From Macrostomum lignano (taxonomy: Eukaryota): DNA of 64,000 bases. Below are positions 23,184 through 34,000 of the stretch, piece after piece. How positions within the stretch are numbered: position 1 is the first letter of the stretch; each line of letters starts with the position of its first letter. Under the pieces are notes generated by a model that did no database searches, was not told the DNA's origin, and worked only from the letters and a program-made list of their open reading frames with translations. The stretch is from the NCBI GenBank assembly GCA_002269645.1, contig NIVC01003101.1:55424-119423 (forward strand), read 5' to 3'. Position numbers and translations under genes: made by a program.

Positions 23184-26100
23184 ATGGCAGATGCATTGGA
23201 CATGACCTCAGATGAGTGTCTTTGGACACCTACTAAACCATTTGCTGAAACTAACATTGGAAAGTTTGCTAAATTTGTTGAAGAACAATATGGAAAATCA
23301 TTTAGTAAGTTTTTATTCCTAACTATCAGTATCAGGTCATTTTCTAGATTATTATAAATAAAATTAATCAGCCCATTAAAGATAAATTAAGCTCTAGATT
23401 GAGGTAATGAAAGGATTGCTCATAAACAAATTGGTTGTGGTCTCAGAGTTTCTTTGAACTTTGATGTTGTCTCGCTTCTTCCAAGCTATATCTTTTAGGA
23501 TGCAGCATGTGTAATGCCCTTCCAAGGGCATGATTCTGTAGTGAGACTTGGTGAATATTGGAAATCCCATGCTGGAGAAGTTACCTGTTTGGCACGACCA
23601 GCTGACTTGCTGGGGTCTCCAGGCGATTTTGAGCCTCTATTTTTTTCCAATAATTAGAAATGTTCAACCAATAAAATTTATCAATAGCAAAATCTGATTT
23701 TTAACCGCAGCCAACTACTGGGCTCTGCACAACTGGTCTGTCACCGAGCCGACCGTCTTCTGGGCCGCCCTCGCCCGCCACTGCGGACTTCGCTTCGCTC
23801 GCGGCGGCCCGTCCGACTCCGGCCAGCCGCCAGTTGTAGATCCGGACAGCCGGCCGGCCGACCTGCCGCGCTGGTTCCCCGGCGCCGAGCTCAACTATGC
23901 CGATAACCTGCTGGCCGACTGGCCCGCCGACAAGCCCGCCCTGCTGACCTGCCGCGAGGGCGACGCCGCGCCCACGGAGGTCGTCACCTTCGGCCAGCTG
24001 CGCCAGCGGACCGCCAACCTGCAAGCAGCGCTGCTGGCCGCCGGCGTCAGTCGAGGCGACCGCGTGGCCGGCTGGCTGCCCAACGGCGCCGAGGCGGTGG
24101 TCGGCCTGCTGGCCTGCGCCGGGCTGGGCGCCATCTGGACCTCCGCCTCGCCGGACTTCGGCGTGCAAGCCGTGCTGGACAGGTTCGGCCAGGTGGAGCC
24201 CGCCGTGCTGCTGGCTGTCGACCGGGTGCGCTACGGCGGCAAGGTGCACGACGGCCTGGCCAAGGCTGCTCAGGTGAGCTTCAAAGGCTTTAAAGCTATC
24301 AAGGGAGCGGCCCCCCCGACTCTTAGATCATCAGGCAGTGCTCATGCTATGTGCCTCGGGTGTTGGCCCTTAAACCTGAGTACTCTCTCTGTCCCAGGGG
24401 TCGTAACGAGTCGCCATCACAAACCGGAAAAATCACAACTCCGAAACCCAAAATTTCCCATCATAAATCCGAAATATCATAACTCCGAAACTCCGAAAAC
24501 TGTGATTTTTCGGGTTTATGATGGGAAATGCTATTTTGGGTTTCGGAGTTGTGATTTTTCCGGTTTGTTATGTGCGTTGCTAGCAATTTCGGAGTTATGA
24601 TATTTCGGATTAATGATATTTCGGGTTTGTGATATATCGGGTTTTTGATATTTCGAATTTATGATATTTCGAATTTATGATATTTCGGGTTTGTGATATT
24701 TCCGGTTTATATTTCGGAAAGCGATTTTCGGAGTTGTGATTTTTCGGGTTTGTGATGTCTCCAGCCAACACAGGCAAACCTAATTTTAACTTGAGTAAAT
24801 TTCTTATTCTAATGAGCCAAAGCTACTACTTATTGAGTCATTAGTAGTCGCTATGGAGTATTAGTCAAGCAAAGAATTTGGAAACTGGTTGCGCCCAAAG
24901 ATCATATATAAGATCTATGGTTGCGCCCCATTGATCATCACGTTGTAACTTGACAGACAGCGTTAAAGAAAAGTAATTGTACTACTGCTTAACTTTCTAC
25001 TTACTCAAGTAGGATGGTTAGAGTTTTTTGGGCTTTATTTACTTCAAAACCATATGAGGCTGGCACCAGAAAGTCCATCATCTGATAAAATGTAGATTGG
25101 ATCGCTTATTTACGTGTAGTCTTAAAATGCGCCGGTACTACTTACTTACTAACTTGTCAGTAGTCTCATGCCTAACATGAGATTGATTAAAGAGGAATCA
25201 AATAAAAAAGTTATACTACGTCCAAGGACTTCTCTATATAGCATCTGGACTGGAAGCTTCGCAATTTTTTTTCCGTCTCTATACCTCACAGGGGCAAAAG
25301 AAGAAAAGACCCAGAAGGAGGAAAGGAGACAGGAAAAATTTAACTGTCAAGCTGGCCATAAACATGACAAAGACACTGTACACAGAAAAGAAGCAAAGTT
25401 CAGGGGCATGCAGGGAAGAGCTCATGGGGTAAAGTTTATCCCCCAACAATGAATCTTTAACATGTACGTTTATCTTGAAAACTAGTCTGCTATTCGGACT
25501 GAGTCATGACTGGAGGTGATGAGTGGGAGTCCCACTCCCACGTTCTATATATACTGACGAGCTGGCTGTACTGTACAATAATGAAAAAGAAAATTTTGCC
25601 TTCAGTGCCTGCCTCATCAATTTCACAATACTGCTACACTTGCTTCAAGCACTGACAATTTTGTTCCAACAAAATAGTTAAGTCGTGCTCAGCACACGGC
25701 TGCACTAATCGAGCCTCCTCGGACAAGGGACTGAGCTCTCATGGCTATCCTATGCACAATGCAGTCCTTCTTGAACAATGGAAGCGAGCAAATCCAAGGC
25801 AGAACTTCGAGCCTACCAAGAGCTCAACCATTTGCTCTGCGCACTTCCACCCCAAGACTTCGTGGAAAACTCTCTGGACACCAACGCGAACCGCAAGAAG
25901 GGCCAGGACCAACTGTCGAGGCGGTGTCTGAAGCCAGGGACGGTGCCGTCTATCTTCCCGAATAGACTTATCTCTCTTCTTATCTCTTTTCTGCCAAGGC
26001 GGAACCGAGGTCAACTGCGGCAACATCAACTCAGCGCTTGGAGAGAGAAAATACTGCACTGCAAGGCCAAATTGATGAGTTCCGAGATGCGGACTCAATC

Positions 26101-29100
26101 GTTGACGACTACCTTGATGAAGTGCAGCTAAAACTGAATCGAGAGGAAGGAAAACCGGCAGGATTTCATACCACCATGCTTGCTGACCAGCTGCATCTAC
26201 GCGCTGAACATGGAGCCTTCCTTTCATGTCTCCTGCTACATCTACATGGCTAAGGACCACAGCATCACTATTGGAGTCAATGGAGTGTTGCTAAAGCCAA
26301 CCCGACTCAGAGACTTACTTTCGGACGGGAAAGTATCGACTCTCAGTCAACTAGTCAACATAATGTCCAGAGTCAAGAACTGGGAGGTAGACACTGACAG
26401 TGCCAAAGCTGAAGGCAAGGCCAACCGTATGCTTGACATGGCCCAAGATCTTGTGGAAGAAGCGGAGAATCTTGTTGAGAATCGCACTGTTGGCTTCATT
26501 TTGGAGCAGCTGAAACTCAGCAGGCAGCCGAGCTGCAGAAGGAGATATTCACAGCAGCTCATGATCTTCGCTTATGTTCTGTACTCCACCAGCGCTTCGG
26601 CTTATAAGACAATACTGGAGCAGGACGTCCTCTGTTTTCCATCTGATCGAACCCTTCGGTCTGCTTCAGTCAAAGTTGGTTCAAAGAATGGTCTAGACAT
26701 CGAAAGCTACCTTCAGTTGAGAGCATCGAAGTTATCGAAATTTATCGAAATGAATCGAAAATCGAAATTTTTAATAATCGAAATTATTAAAAAAGAAATC
26801 TAAATCATTCTGAATGAATTTTTATTAGGCTCATGATTTATATAACAATATATAGTGCATAATGGCCAGCTATCTAATATGCGATGTAACTAGGATCTAA
26901 GCTATTTTGGGAAGGGCTTTTGCCCCTCTAAGGTATATGCGGGTGGGGAGCTTCCAGTCCAGATGCTATATAGAGAAGTCCCTGACTACGTCATTTCCGA
27001 AATCCAAGAGCATTCGCTAACTTTAGAAATCGTTTCTATTTCTAAGATTAAAATATGAGCACGTGATCTGCGTCTATGGCTATCTTTGTGCCGAAAATGA
27101 CACTTTTTATCCCCGATAGTGACCTTTTGCGTCGCCGAAGACGTTGCGCCAGGGTGCCGGCAACCCCAGCTCCTGCAATCAATCATAACTGCTATATTGC
27201 TTGTCCTTGTACTGTCATGTCATTATGAAAGCAATTAAGCCGAAAATGTACTTTTATGTTTAACAGGCAGCCGCCAAGCTGCCCAGCCTTCGCCAAGTGC
27301 TGGTTGTCCGCGGCCTTCCCGGCGAGCCCGGCTCTGCCGGCGGCCTGCCGGACGGCGATCCGCGGTTCGTCTGGTACGACGACGCTGTCGAGGCCGCTGC
27401 CAGTCCCTCTGGCCAGCAGCAGCCGCCGCAGCTGCAGCTGACGCCGCTGCCGTTCGACCAGCCGCTGTACATCCTGTACAGCTCCGGCACCACCGGGCCG
27501 CCCAAGTGCCTGGTGCACGGCGCCGGCGGCAGCCTCCTGCAGCACGCCAAGGAGCACAGGCTGCACGCGGACCTCGGCCCGGCTGACACCCTGTTCTACT
27601 TCACCTCCACCGGCTGGATGATGTGGAACTGGGCAGTTTCCGGCCTGGCCGCCGGCGCCGCTCTCGTCCTCTACGACGGCTCGCCGCTGCTGCCCAGCCG
27701 GGAGGCCGTCTGGCGCCTCGTCGAGGCCTGCGGCACCACCGTTCTCGGCGCCAGCGCCAAGTGGCTCGCCGTGCTGGAGGCCGCCGACTTTCAGCCGCCG
27801 GAGCCGCCGCGCCGCCTTCGCTGCCTGCTGAGCACCGGCTCGCCGCTGGCCGCCTCCACCTTCCGCTACGTGTACAGCCGCCTCGGCTCCGACCTGCTGC
27901 TCGGCAGCATCACTGGAGGCACCGACATCGTCGGCTGCTTCGCCGGCAGCAACCCGACCCTGCCGGTGCACGCTGGCGAGATCCAGTCCCCCAACCTCGG
28001 CATGGCCGTCCAGTGCTGGGATGGCTCCGGTCGGCCAGTGTCCGGCGAGCGCGGCGAGCTTGTCTGCGTCCGGCCGTTCCCCAGCCAGCCTGTCCGGTTC
28101 TGGGCGGACGAGCCGGACGGCCGGAAGTACCGGGCCGCCTACTTCAGCGGCTTCGGCGGCGGAGTCTGGACACACGGCGACTTCTGCGCGGTGAACCCGC
28201 GGATTCGCGGCATTCGAATGCTCGGCCGATCCGACGGCACCCTCAACCCCAATGGGGTCCGCTTCGGCAGCGCGGAGATCTACCAGGTGAGCTGGGGGGT
28301 TTACCAGGTGAGCTGGGGGGTTTACCAGATGAGCTGGGGGATCTACCAGGTGAGCTGGGGGGATCTACCAGGTGAGCTGGGGGGATTTACCAGGTGAGCT
28401 GGGGGATTTACCAGGTGAGCTGGGGGGATCTACCAGGTGAGCTGGGGGGATTTACCAGGTGAGCTGGGGGATTTACCAGGTGAGCTGGGGGATTTACCAG
28501 ATGAGCTGGGGGATCTACCAGGTGAGCTGGGGGGATCTACCAGGTGAGCTGGGGGGATCTACCAGGTGAGCTGGGGGATTTACTAGGTGAGCTGGGGGGA
28601 TCTACCAGGTGAGCTGGGGGATTTACTAGGTGAGCTGGGGGGATCTACCAGGTGAGCTGGGGGGATCTACCAGGTGAGCTGGGGGATTTACTAGGTGAGC
28701 TGGGGGATCTACCAGGTGAGCTGGGGGGATCTACCAGGTGAGCTGGGGGGATCTACCAGGTGAGCTGGGGGATTTACTAGGTGAGCTGGGGGGATCTACC
28801 AGGTGAGCTGGGGGATCTACCAGGTGAGCTGGGGGATTTACTAGGTGAGCTGGGGGGATCTACCAGATGAGCTGGGGGATCTACCAGATGAGATGGGGGA
28901 TTTACCAGGTGAGCTGGGGGGATCTACCAGGTGAGCTGGGGGGATCTACCAGGTGAGCTGGGGGGATCTACCAGGTGAGCTGGGGATTTACTAGGTGAGC
29001 TGGGGGGATCTACCAGATGAGCTGGGGGGATCTACCAGGTGAGCTGGGGGGATTTACCAGGTGAGCTGGGGGATCTACCAGGTGAGCTGGGGGATCTACC

Positions 29101-29616
29101 AGGTGAGCTGGGGGGGATCTACCAGGTGAGCTGGGGGGGATCTACCAGGTTAGCTGGGGGGGATCTACCAGGTGAGCTGGGGGGGGGATCTACCAGGTGA
29201 GCTGGGGGGGATCTACCAGATGAGCTGACCTTCATTGACCCGCGAACCTCCCGCCCGATCCCCAGGTCGTAGATGCCTTCCCTGAAGTCGCCGACTCGCT
29301 GTGTGTGGCCCAGACCAGCCGGCGTTCCTCTGACGAGCGGGTGCTGCTGTTCCTGCGGCTGGCTGACGGCCCGTCCGCGCTGACGCCCGAGCTGGAGTCG
29401 CGCATCAAGTCGGCGATCCGGGCCCAACTGTCGCCGCGCCACGTGCCCGCGGTTGTCCGCGCCGCCGAGCTGGTGCCGTACACATTCTCGGGCAAGAAGG
29501 TGGAGCTGGCGGTGCGCCAGCTGCTGCAGTCGGAGCCGGTGCTGAACCGGAACGCAGTGGCCAACCCGGAGGCGCTGGACCACTTCGCCGCCATGACGGA
29601 TCTGCAGGACTATTGA
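23184..29616 (+). CDS. AACS: Acetoacetyl-CoA synthetase, four exons: join(23184..23304,23711..24273,27267..28286,29266..29616)
   Basis: WFPGAELNYADNLL, GAIWTSASPDFG, PLYILYSSGTTGPPKCLVHGAGG, YFTSTGWMMWNW, GSITGGTDIVGCF, GVWTHGDF, GRSDGTLNPNGVRFGSAEIY, LSPRHVP and YTFSGKKVELAV. GT-AG introns with phases 1, 0, 0. Confidence 0.95.
24415..24757. mobile_element. Small foldback element with internal subrepeats in AACS intron 2
   Basis: catcacaaaccggaaaaatcacaactccgaaa at 24415 is inverted at 24726-24757 and again near 24540-24571. Internal tandem gatatttcgggtttgt subunits. No TSD recognised. Confidence 0.65.
25223..26984 (+). mobile_element. Internally deleted P-element-superfamily transposon in AACS intron 2
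   Basis: 36-bp TIRs (caaggacttctctatatagcatctggactggaagct at 25223-25258; inverse at 26949-26984, one mismatch). 8-bp TSD actacgtc at 25215-25222 and 26985-26992. THAP transposase remnant inside. Confidence 0.92.
25674..26740 (+). pseudogene. Degenerate THAP-domain P-element transposase N-terminal half
   Basis: KSCSAHGCTN...WKRANPRQNFEPTKSSTICSAHFHP, then after a frameshift QDF...LKPGTVPSIFP (THAP C2CH plus AVPTIF box). Later RRRYSQQLMIFAYVLYSTSASAYKTILEQDVLCFPSDRTL (P transposase motif). Start appears mutated to ATA, there are frameshifts, and it is truncated before the catalytic domain. Confidence 0.85.
28277..29228 (+). repeat. 20-22-bp minisatellite built from the AACS exon 3 donor junction, ~44 copies
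   Basis: Unit gatctaccag|gtgagctggggg equals the last 10 nt of exon 3 plus the first intron bases, and fills almost all of intron 3. Confidence 0.96.
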
Positions 29617-29694
29617 TTCACTGCTGGCCGGTTTCTGATTTTTATTTCATTTTTCTATTCTTGATTCTTCGCATGCTTCGCAGAGAGGGGATTG

Positions 29695-30220
29695 TGGTCA
29701 CCTGACCCCTCCGTCCAAGGTGATTGAGGGACTGTTGGGGTCACCTGACCCCTCCCGCCAAGGTGATTGAGGGACTGTTGGGGTCACCTGACCCCTCCCG
29801 CCAAGCTGATTGAGGGACTGTTGGGGTCACCTGACCCCTCCCGCCAAGCTGTTGAGGGACTGTTGGGGTCACCTGACCCCTCCCGCCAAGCTGATTGAGT
29901 TACTGTTGGGGTCACCTGACCCCCGTCCAAGGTGATTGAGGGACTGTTGGGGTCACCTGACCCCCGTCCAAGGTGATTGAGGGACTGTTGGGGTCACCTG
30001 ACCTCTCCCGCCAAGGTGATTGAGGGACTGTTGGGGTCACCTGACCTCTCCCGCCAAGGTGATTGAGGGACTGTTGGGGTCACCTGACCCCTACTGCCAA
30101 GGTGATTGAGGGACTGTTGGGGTCACCTGACCCCTCCCGCCAAGGTGATTGAGGGACTGTTGGGGTCACTGACCCCTACTGCCAAGGTGATTAAGGGACT
30201 GTTGGGGTCACTTGACCCTC
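29695..30220. repeat. ~42-bp minisatellite downstream of the AACS stop
   Basis: Tandem ggtcacctgacccctcccgccaaggtgattgagggactgttgg. Confidence 0.93.
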
Positions 30221-30844
30221 TTCCAAGAGAAGTAACTAATCGTTGCACTGCTATCAACCGTAGGTTTTTAGTCATTGGTCTGAATGTTTTTCTGTGTCAT
30301 TTTTTTCGGTATTTCAACGCTTTCGCAATTTTGCCAGCCTTTTAACTATGCAGTTCTTCTGAGTTCCTGATTTTTTTTCAAATTATTAATATTTCCAGTT
30401 TGCCAGCCTGACGGTTGCCATGGTTACCCAGGCCTAAGTCATTATTTTATTGATGGTTTTGCGCAGTTCTCCGTTTGAGATATTTTCTCTCTGCCCTCAG
30501 GACTGTCAGGCCTCAGTGTTTTATGTGCGCCTTATCAGACAAAATATACCTTTATCATTATTCGTGTGTTCCTGCATTATTAATATTTTTATTCCAGCGC
30601 TTGTTGCTTTTAAATACAGTGTACACAACCGGCCGAGCTCATTGAGTTTCCACACTTAGCAACCAGGCTTGAAAAGCTGTTGTTACGTAATTAAAAGGAA
30701 TTTGTTAACTGGCAGATTTTAAAATCGAGCAAATCGAGCTGGCTCACGGAAATTGGCCCGGATGAGTCGTGCGACTCGCTGCCCTGAAGGCCGACCACAT
30801 GGCGCAGAGCATGTGTACCTGCTGAAGATAAGAAAGTCGAGGTC

Positions 30845-31075
30845 AGGTAGCGTGTTGTCCTCCGAAGTGACCTGTGGGGGTAGCGTGTTGCCCTCCGAAG
30901 TGACCGGTGTGGGTAGCATGTTGCCCTCCGAAGTGACCGGTGTGGATAGCATGTTGCCCTCCGAAGTGACCAGTGTGGATAGCATGTTGCCCTCCGAAGT
31001 GACCAGTGTGGATAGCATGTTGCCCTCCGAAGTGACCGGTAAGGATAGCGTGTTGGTGTTGTCCTCCCAAGTGAC
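30845..31075. repeat. 30-bp minisatellite
   Basis: Tandem gtagcatgttgccctccgaagtgaccggtgt. Confidence 0.9.
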
Positions 31076-34000
31076 CCGTGGGGGTTACCAATCAAATTTA
31101 ATGAATGAATGACGGAGTGACTGTACTGAGAATGATGGCATAGGTCATAGGATAGAATACGCTTATTTTATTCAGTAAAGAAATCTATCAGCCTTCCGTG
31201 TGCAGACTTCTGTACACCCCACACGTACTTGGACAGAGTTCATTGCAGGTATAGAGCTAGATTTAGTTTATCTTATTATTAATTTCAAGAGTTCCAGTCT
31301 GCCAGCGTTAGGCCATCTTCTCTGGCGCATACTTACATTAAAGTGCACGAAGGACTTAGTCTCAGCTATATGTTAGAGCCGGGCCGAGCTGCAGTTGCAG
31401 CTGCAGGCCTTTCCCGGCGAGTCCGCATCGATGATGCCTCGGAGAGATTGGATTGATGGGGGTGGGGCGCCTTTTTTAATGCGCATTAAGCGGCCGGCTG
31501 GGTGGGCGCTGCAGCTTCGCAAGACGGTCGCCAGCCTGAGGGAGAGGGCGGAGCTGGGAGGAGGCCTGCGATCGATTGCATTGATTGGCCGGCTTGGGAG
31601 GGTCTCCCCCCAGTGCCGGGCAACCTGGGCTTGCATTGGGGTGCGGAGTGGCCCCGGGCGCCGCTGCCAATTCCGCATCCGTCCGGGCCGGCAGCAACGC
31701 GCTTCTCGAGCCTCTTGAGGCGCGAGGACAGTTCACTTGGAGAGTGAAAGCCAGGCCTGTCAATCAACCCACCCTGCCTCCTCCGTGCACAGGGCGCTGT
31801 CACTTGACCTGCTGCACGATGGGGCCGTCTCGTGTTCTGCCCGGGCAGGCCAGCCGGCATTCAGCAGATGGCGGCACTTGAAGCTGCCGGTGGGAGTTGT
31901 AGTGTATTTCTGCGATTCCCGTTAAAAACCCAAAATGGCAGATAAAGATGTGGGAGCGGCTGCAGGTCGCATCCCCCCAGCCTCCTGCGCGTCGAAAGCG
32001 ATTAGCGATTCCGGGCCCTCCGGCGCAGGGTGTCATCCCGCCAGCAATTGAAAGGTAGGCGGATGTGAGGCCGCCCCAGTGCCAAACAAATCAGTCGTCC
32101 CTGCTGCTTCCTCGCGGCTCTTTTGCAGTTGCCAGCCATGTGTGTTCCGCCTCAGGGGGGGGGGCTGACTAGCAAAAAACTGCTGGTTGGAGGGGAAAGT
32201 TGCAATGAATTGGCTGGCGGGTGCAGGGCAAACAGGCTGAGCGGCCGCACGCACTGCACACACACAGCGCAGCGACTCTGCCGCCTCTCGAAGGCCCGCG
32301 CTGTTTATTCAAACGCTGTCGCCGCCCCCAAGCCTGTTTTACCAGATGGCTGCTGGCTGGCCGGCCTGCTCTCCGCTTTGTGCGCGACTTCGAGCGCCTC
32401 TCTGTGTTTCTCTTAGCTCTGCTTCTCTCCCTCCTCTGCGGGCCCTCCACGCACGCATGCTGCAGTGTTTATACGGACAACATACGGACAACACGGGGCC
32501 GATAGGGAGAGGAGAGAATGGGGCAGAAGAAGCCGAGGAGCTGCATCACCTCAGCCTCCTGGGCCCCCGTTCCAATTTCGTCTGTATTTTCCTCTCTCTC
32601 TTTCAGTTACGACAGGTGGGCTTTTTTCAGATCCTCACCCGCTCCGGCTGGGTCCTAATGCATTTTTCGATGCGAAAAACGCCTTGCCTATAAAGCGCGA
32701 TTGGGAAGGCCCGCTACACGCGAGCGGATATTCGGAGGGGGGCAGCCGCTGGGCTTGCCGCCGGCTATAAAGCGATATTTTGTGTCTGAAAGCAGTTTAT
32801 TCTAGATTGTTTCAAACGGGAAAGTGTGCAAGTCGGGCCTGGCAATGCTAATTCTGATTAATTCCCGCGGAGACCAGAATCCAGAACAAGGGGCGAGCAG
32901 CGGCGAATCCAAGATAATGGACGGCCCAATTTTGCTGCAAGCTTCTGCGCTCTGCAGTGCCGAGTCGTCCAAAGACGCCGCAGCTCCCAGCCTCTATCTC
33001 CGTTAATTTCCGACCCGTGGGGGTGGCGCCCGGCCGCCGTGGGGGTCCCGTGCCCCCAGCCACAGCATCACAAGCCTTACCGCTGCGGTTCAAGCGCTGT
33101 TTGACTTGGGGCTCGCCTGACCCACCTCAACATTTCTGTTTGCCGATCTCTGACAAGCCGCCGGTCACCACTCAGCCTGGCGCACTGGAGGCCGTTCCGA
33201 ATCCATTAAGTCCTCTCGTGTCCGCGAGTCAACACCGGTGACCGCGAGGCTTCGGGGCCTGTGACCCTCCCTGTGACTCGAGGCCCAATAGGGTCCGACT
33301 GACTGCGCGCCACCCCAACTTCCTGACTCCCGGCAGGGGATTTTAAATCGGGACTGCGCAGTAATTTTCCCCATTCGCATTTCTTCCCCAACCCAGCGCA
33401 ATGGCTCGACCGCCGCCCCCTTCCCCGACTCCCGGCTACCTGGAGTGGCCGCGCAGCGCAGGTAATTGCAAATTAAATCGGTCTGGCTGTCGGGCAGGCA
33501 ATATATTTTCAACTGGCTCGCTGGGCTAATCAACACAGGTTCCCACCGCCTGCTCCGCTGTGCTGGCCTCAGAGCCTGAGAGCCGGGATCCGCGTCCCAT
33601 TCAGCCTCCCAAAGCCGCCTCTTCCAACTCTACGCAGTGCTGCTAGAAGCCAGGCAGAAGAAGAAAAAATGGCACCCAGGCAAGACTGTTTTCTTTTGGC
33701 AAACACAAGAACTGGCTCGCCCCGCGTATCGGGAACTCGTCGCGTTCATTGCACGGTGCCTCCAATCAGTTTGAAAGCCCCAGGCCTTTCCTCTTCTTCC
33801 ATCCTGACCCAACTGGACGAACCCCTCCCCCCGTGCAGGCAGTCTCCGTAAGTTTACCTTCTCGCAAGCAAGAGGGGAGGCAGGGGTGCTCAGAACCCCA
33901 GTGTGTATTGCAAATGTGTGTGTGTGGCCTCCCTCAGGCACAGAACTGGGCCACATCGCCCACCCCTTGCAGCCGCCCTCCCTCCAGTTGTGGCCCCCAT

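Noticed and set aside
27192-28175. Long antisense ORFs opposite AACS, PGLS, MCT, the ankyrin gene and pol
   Set aside because: Shadow ORFs expected from GC-rich codon usage; no recognisable domains.
23184-29616. AACS or PGLS as bacterial contamination or recent horizontal transfer
   Set aside because: AACS has three spliceosomal introns, and both share the GC-rich codon style of neighbouring host genes.
31200-31250. Minus-strand CNELCPSTCGVY as an ShK toxin domain
   Set aside because: The terminal Cys and upstream Cys residues are missing, and there is no supporting ORF.
33175-33310. GC-rich segment as a self-cleaving ribozyme or tRNA
   Set aside because: No HDV, hammerhead or cloverleaf consensus could be assembled by eye.
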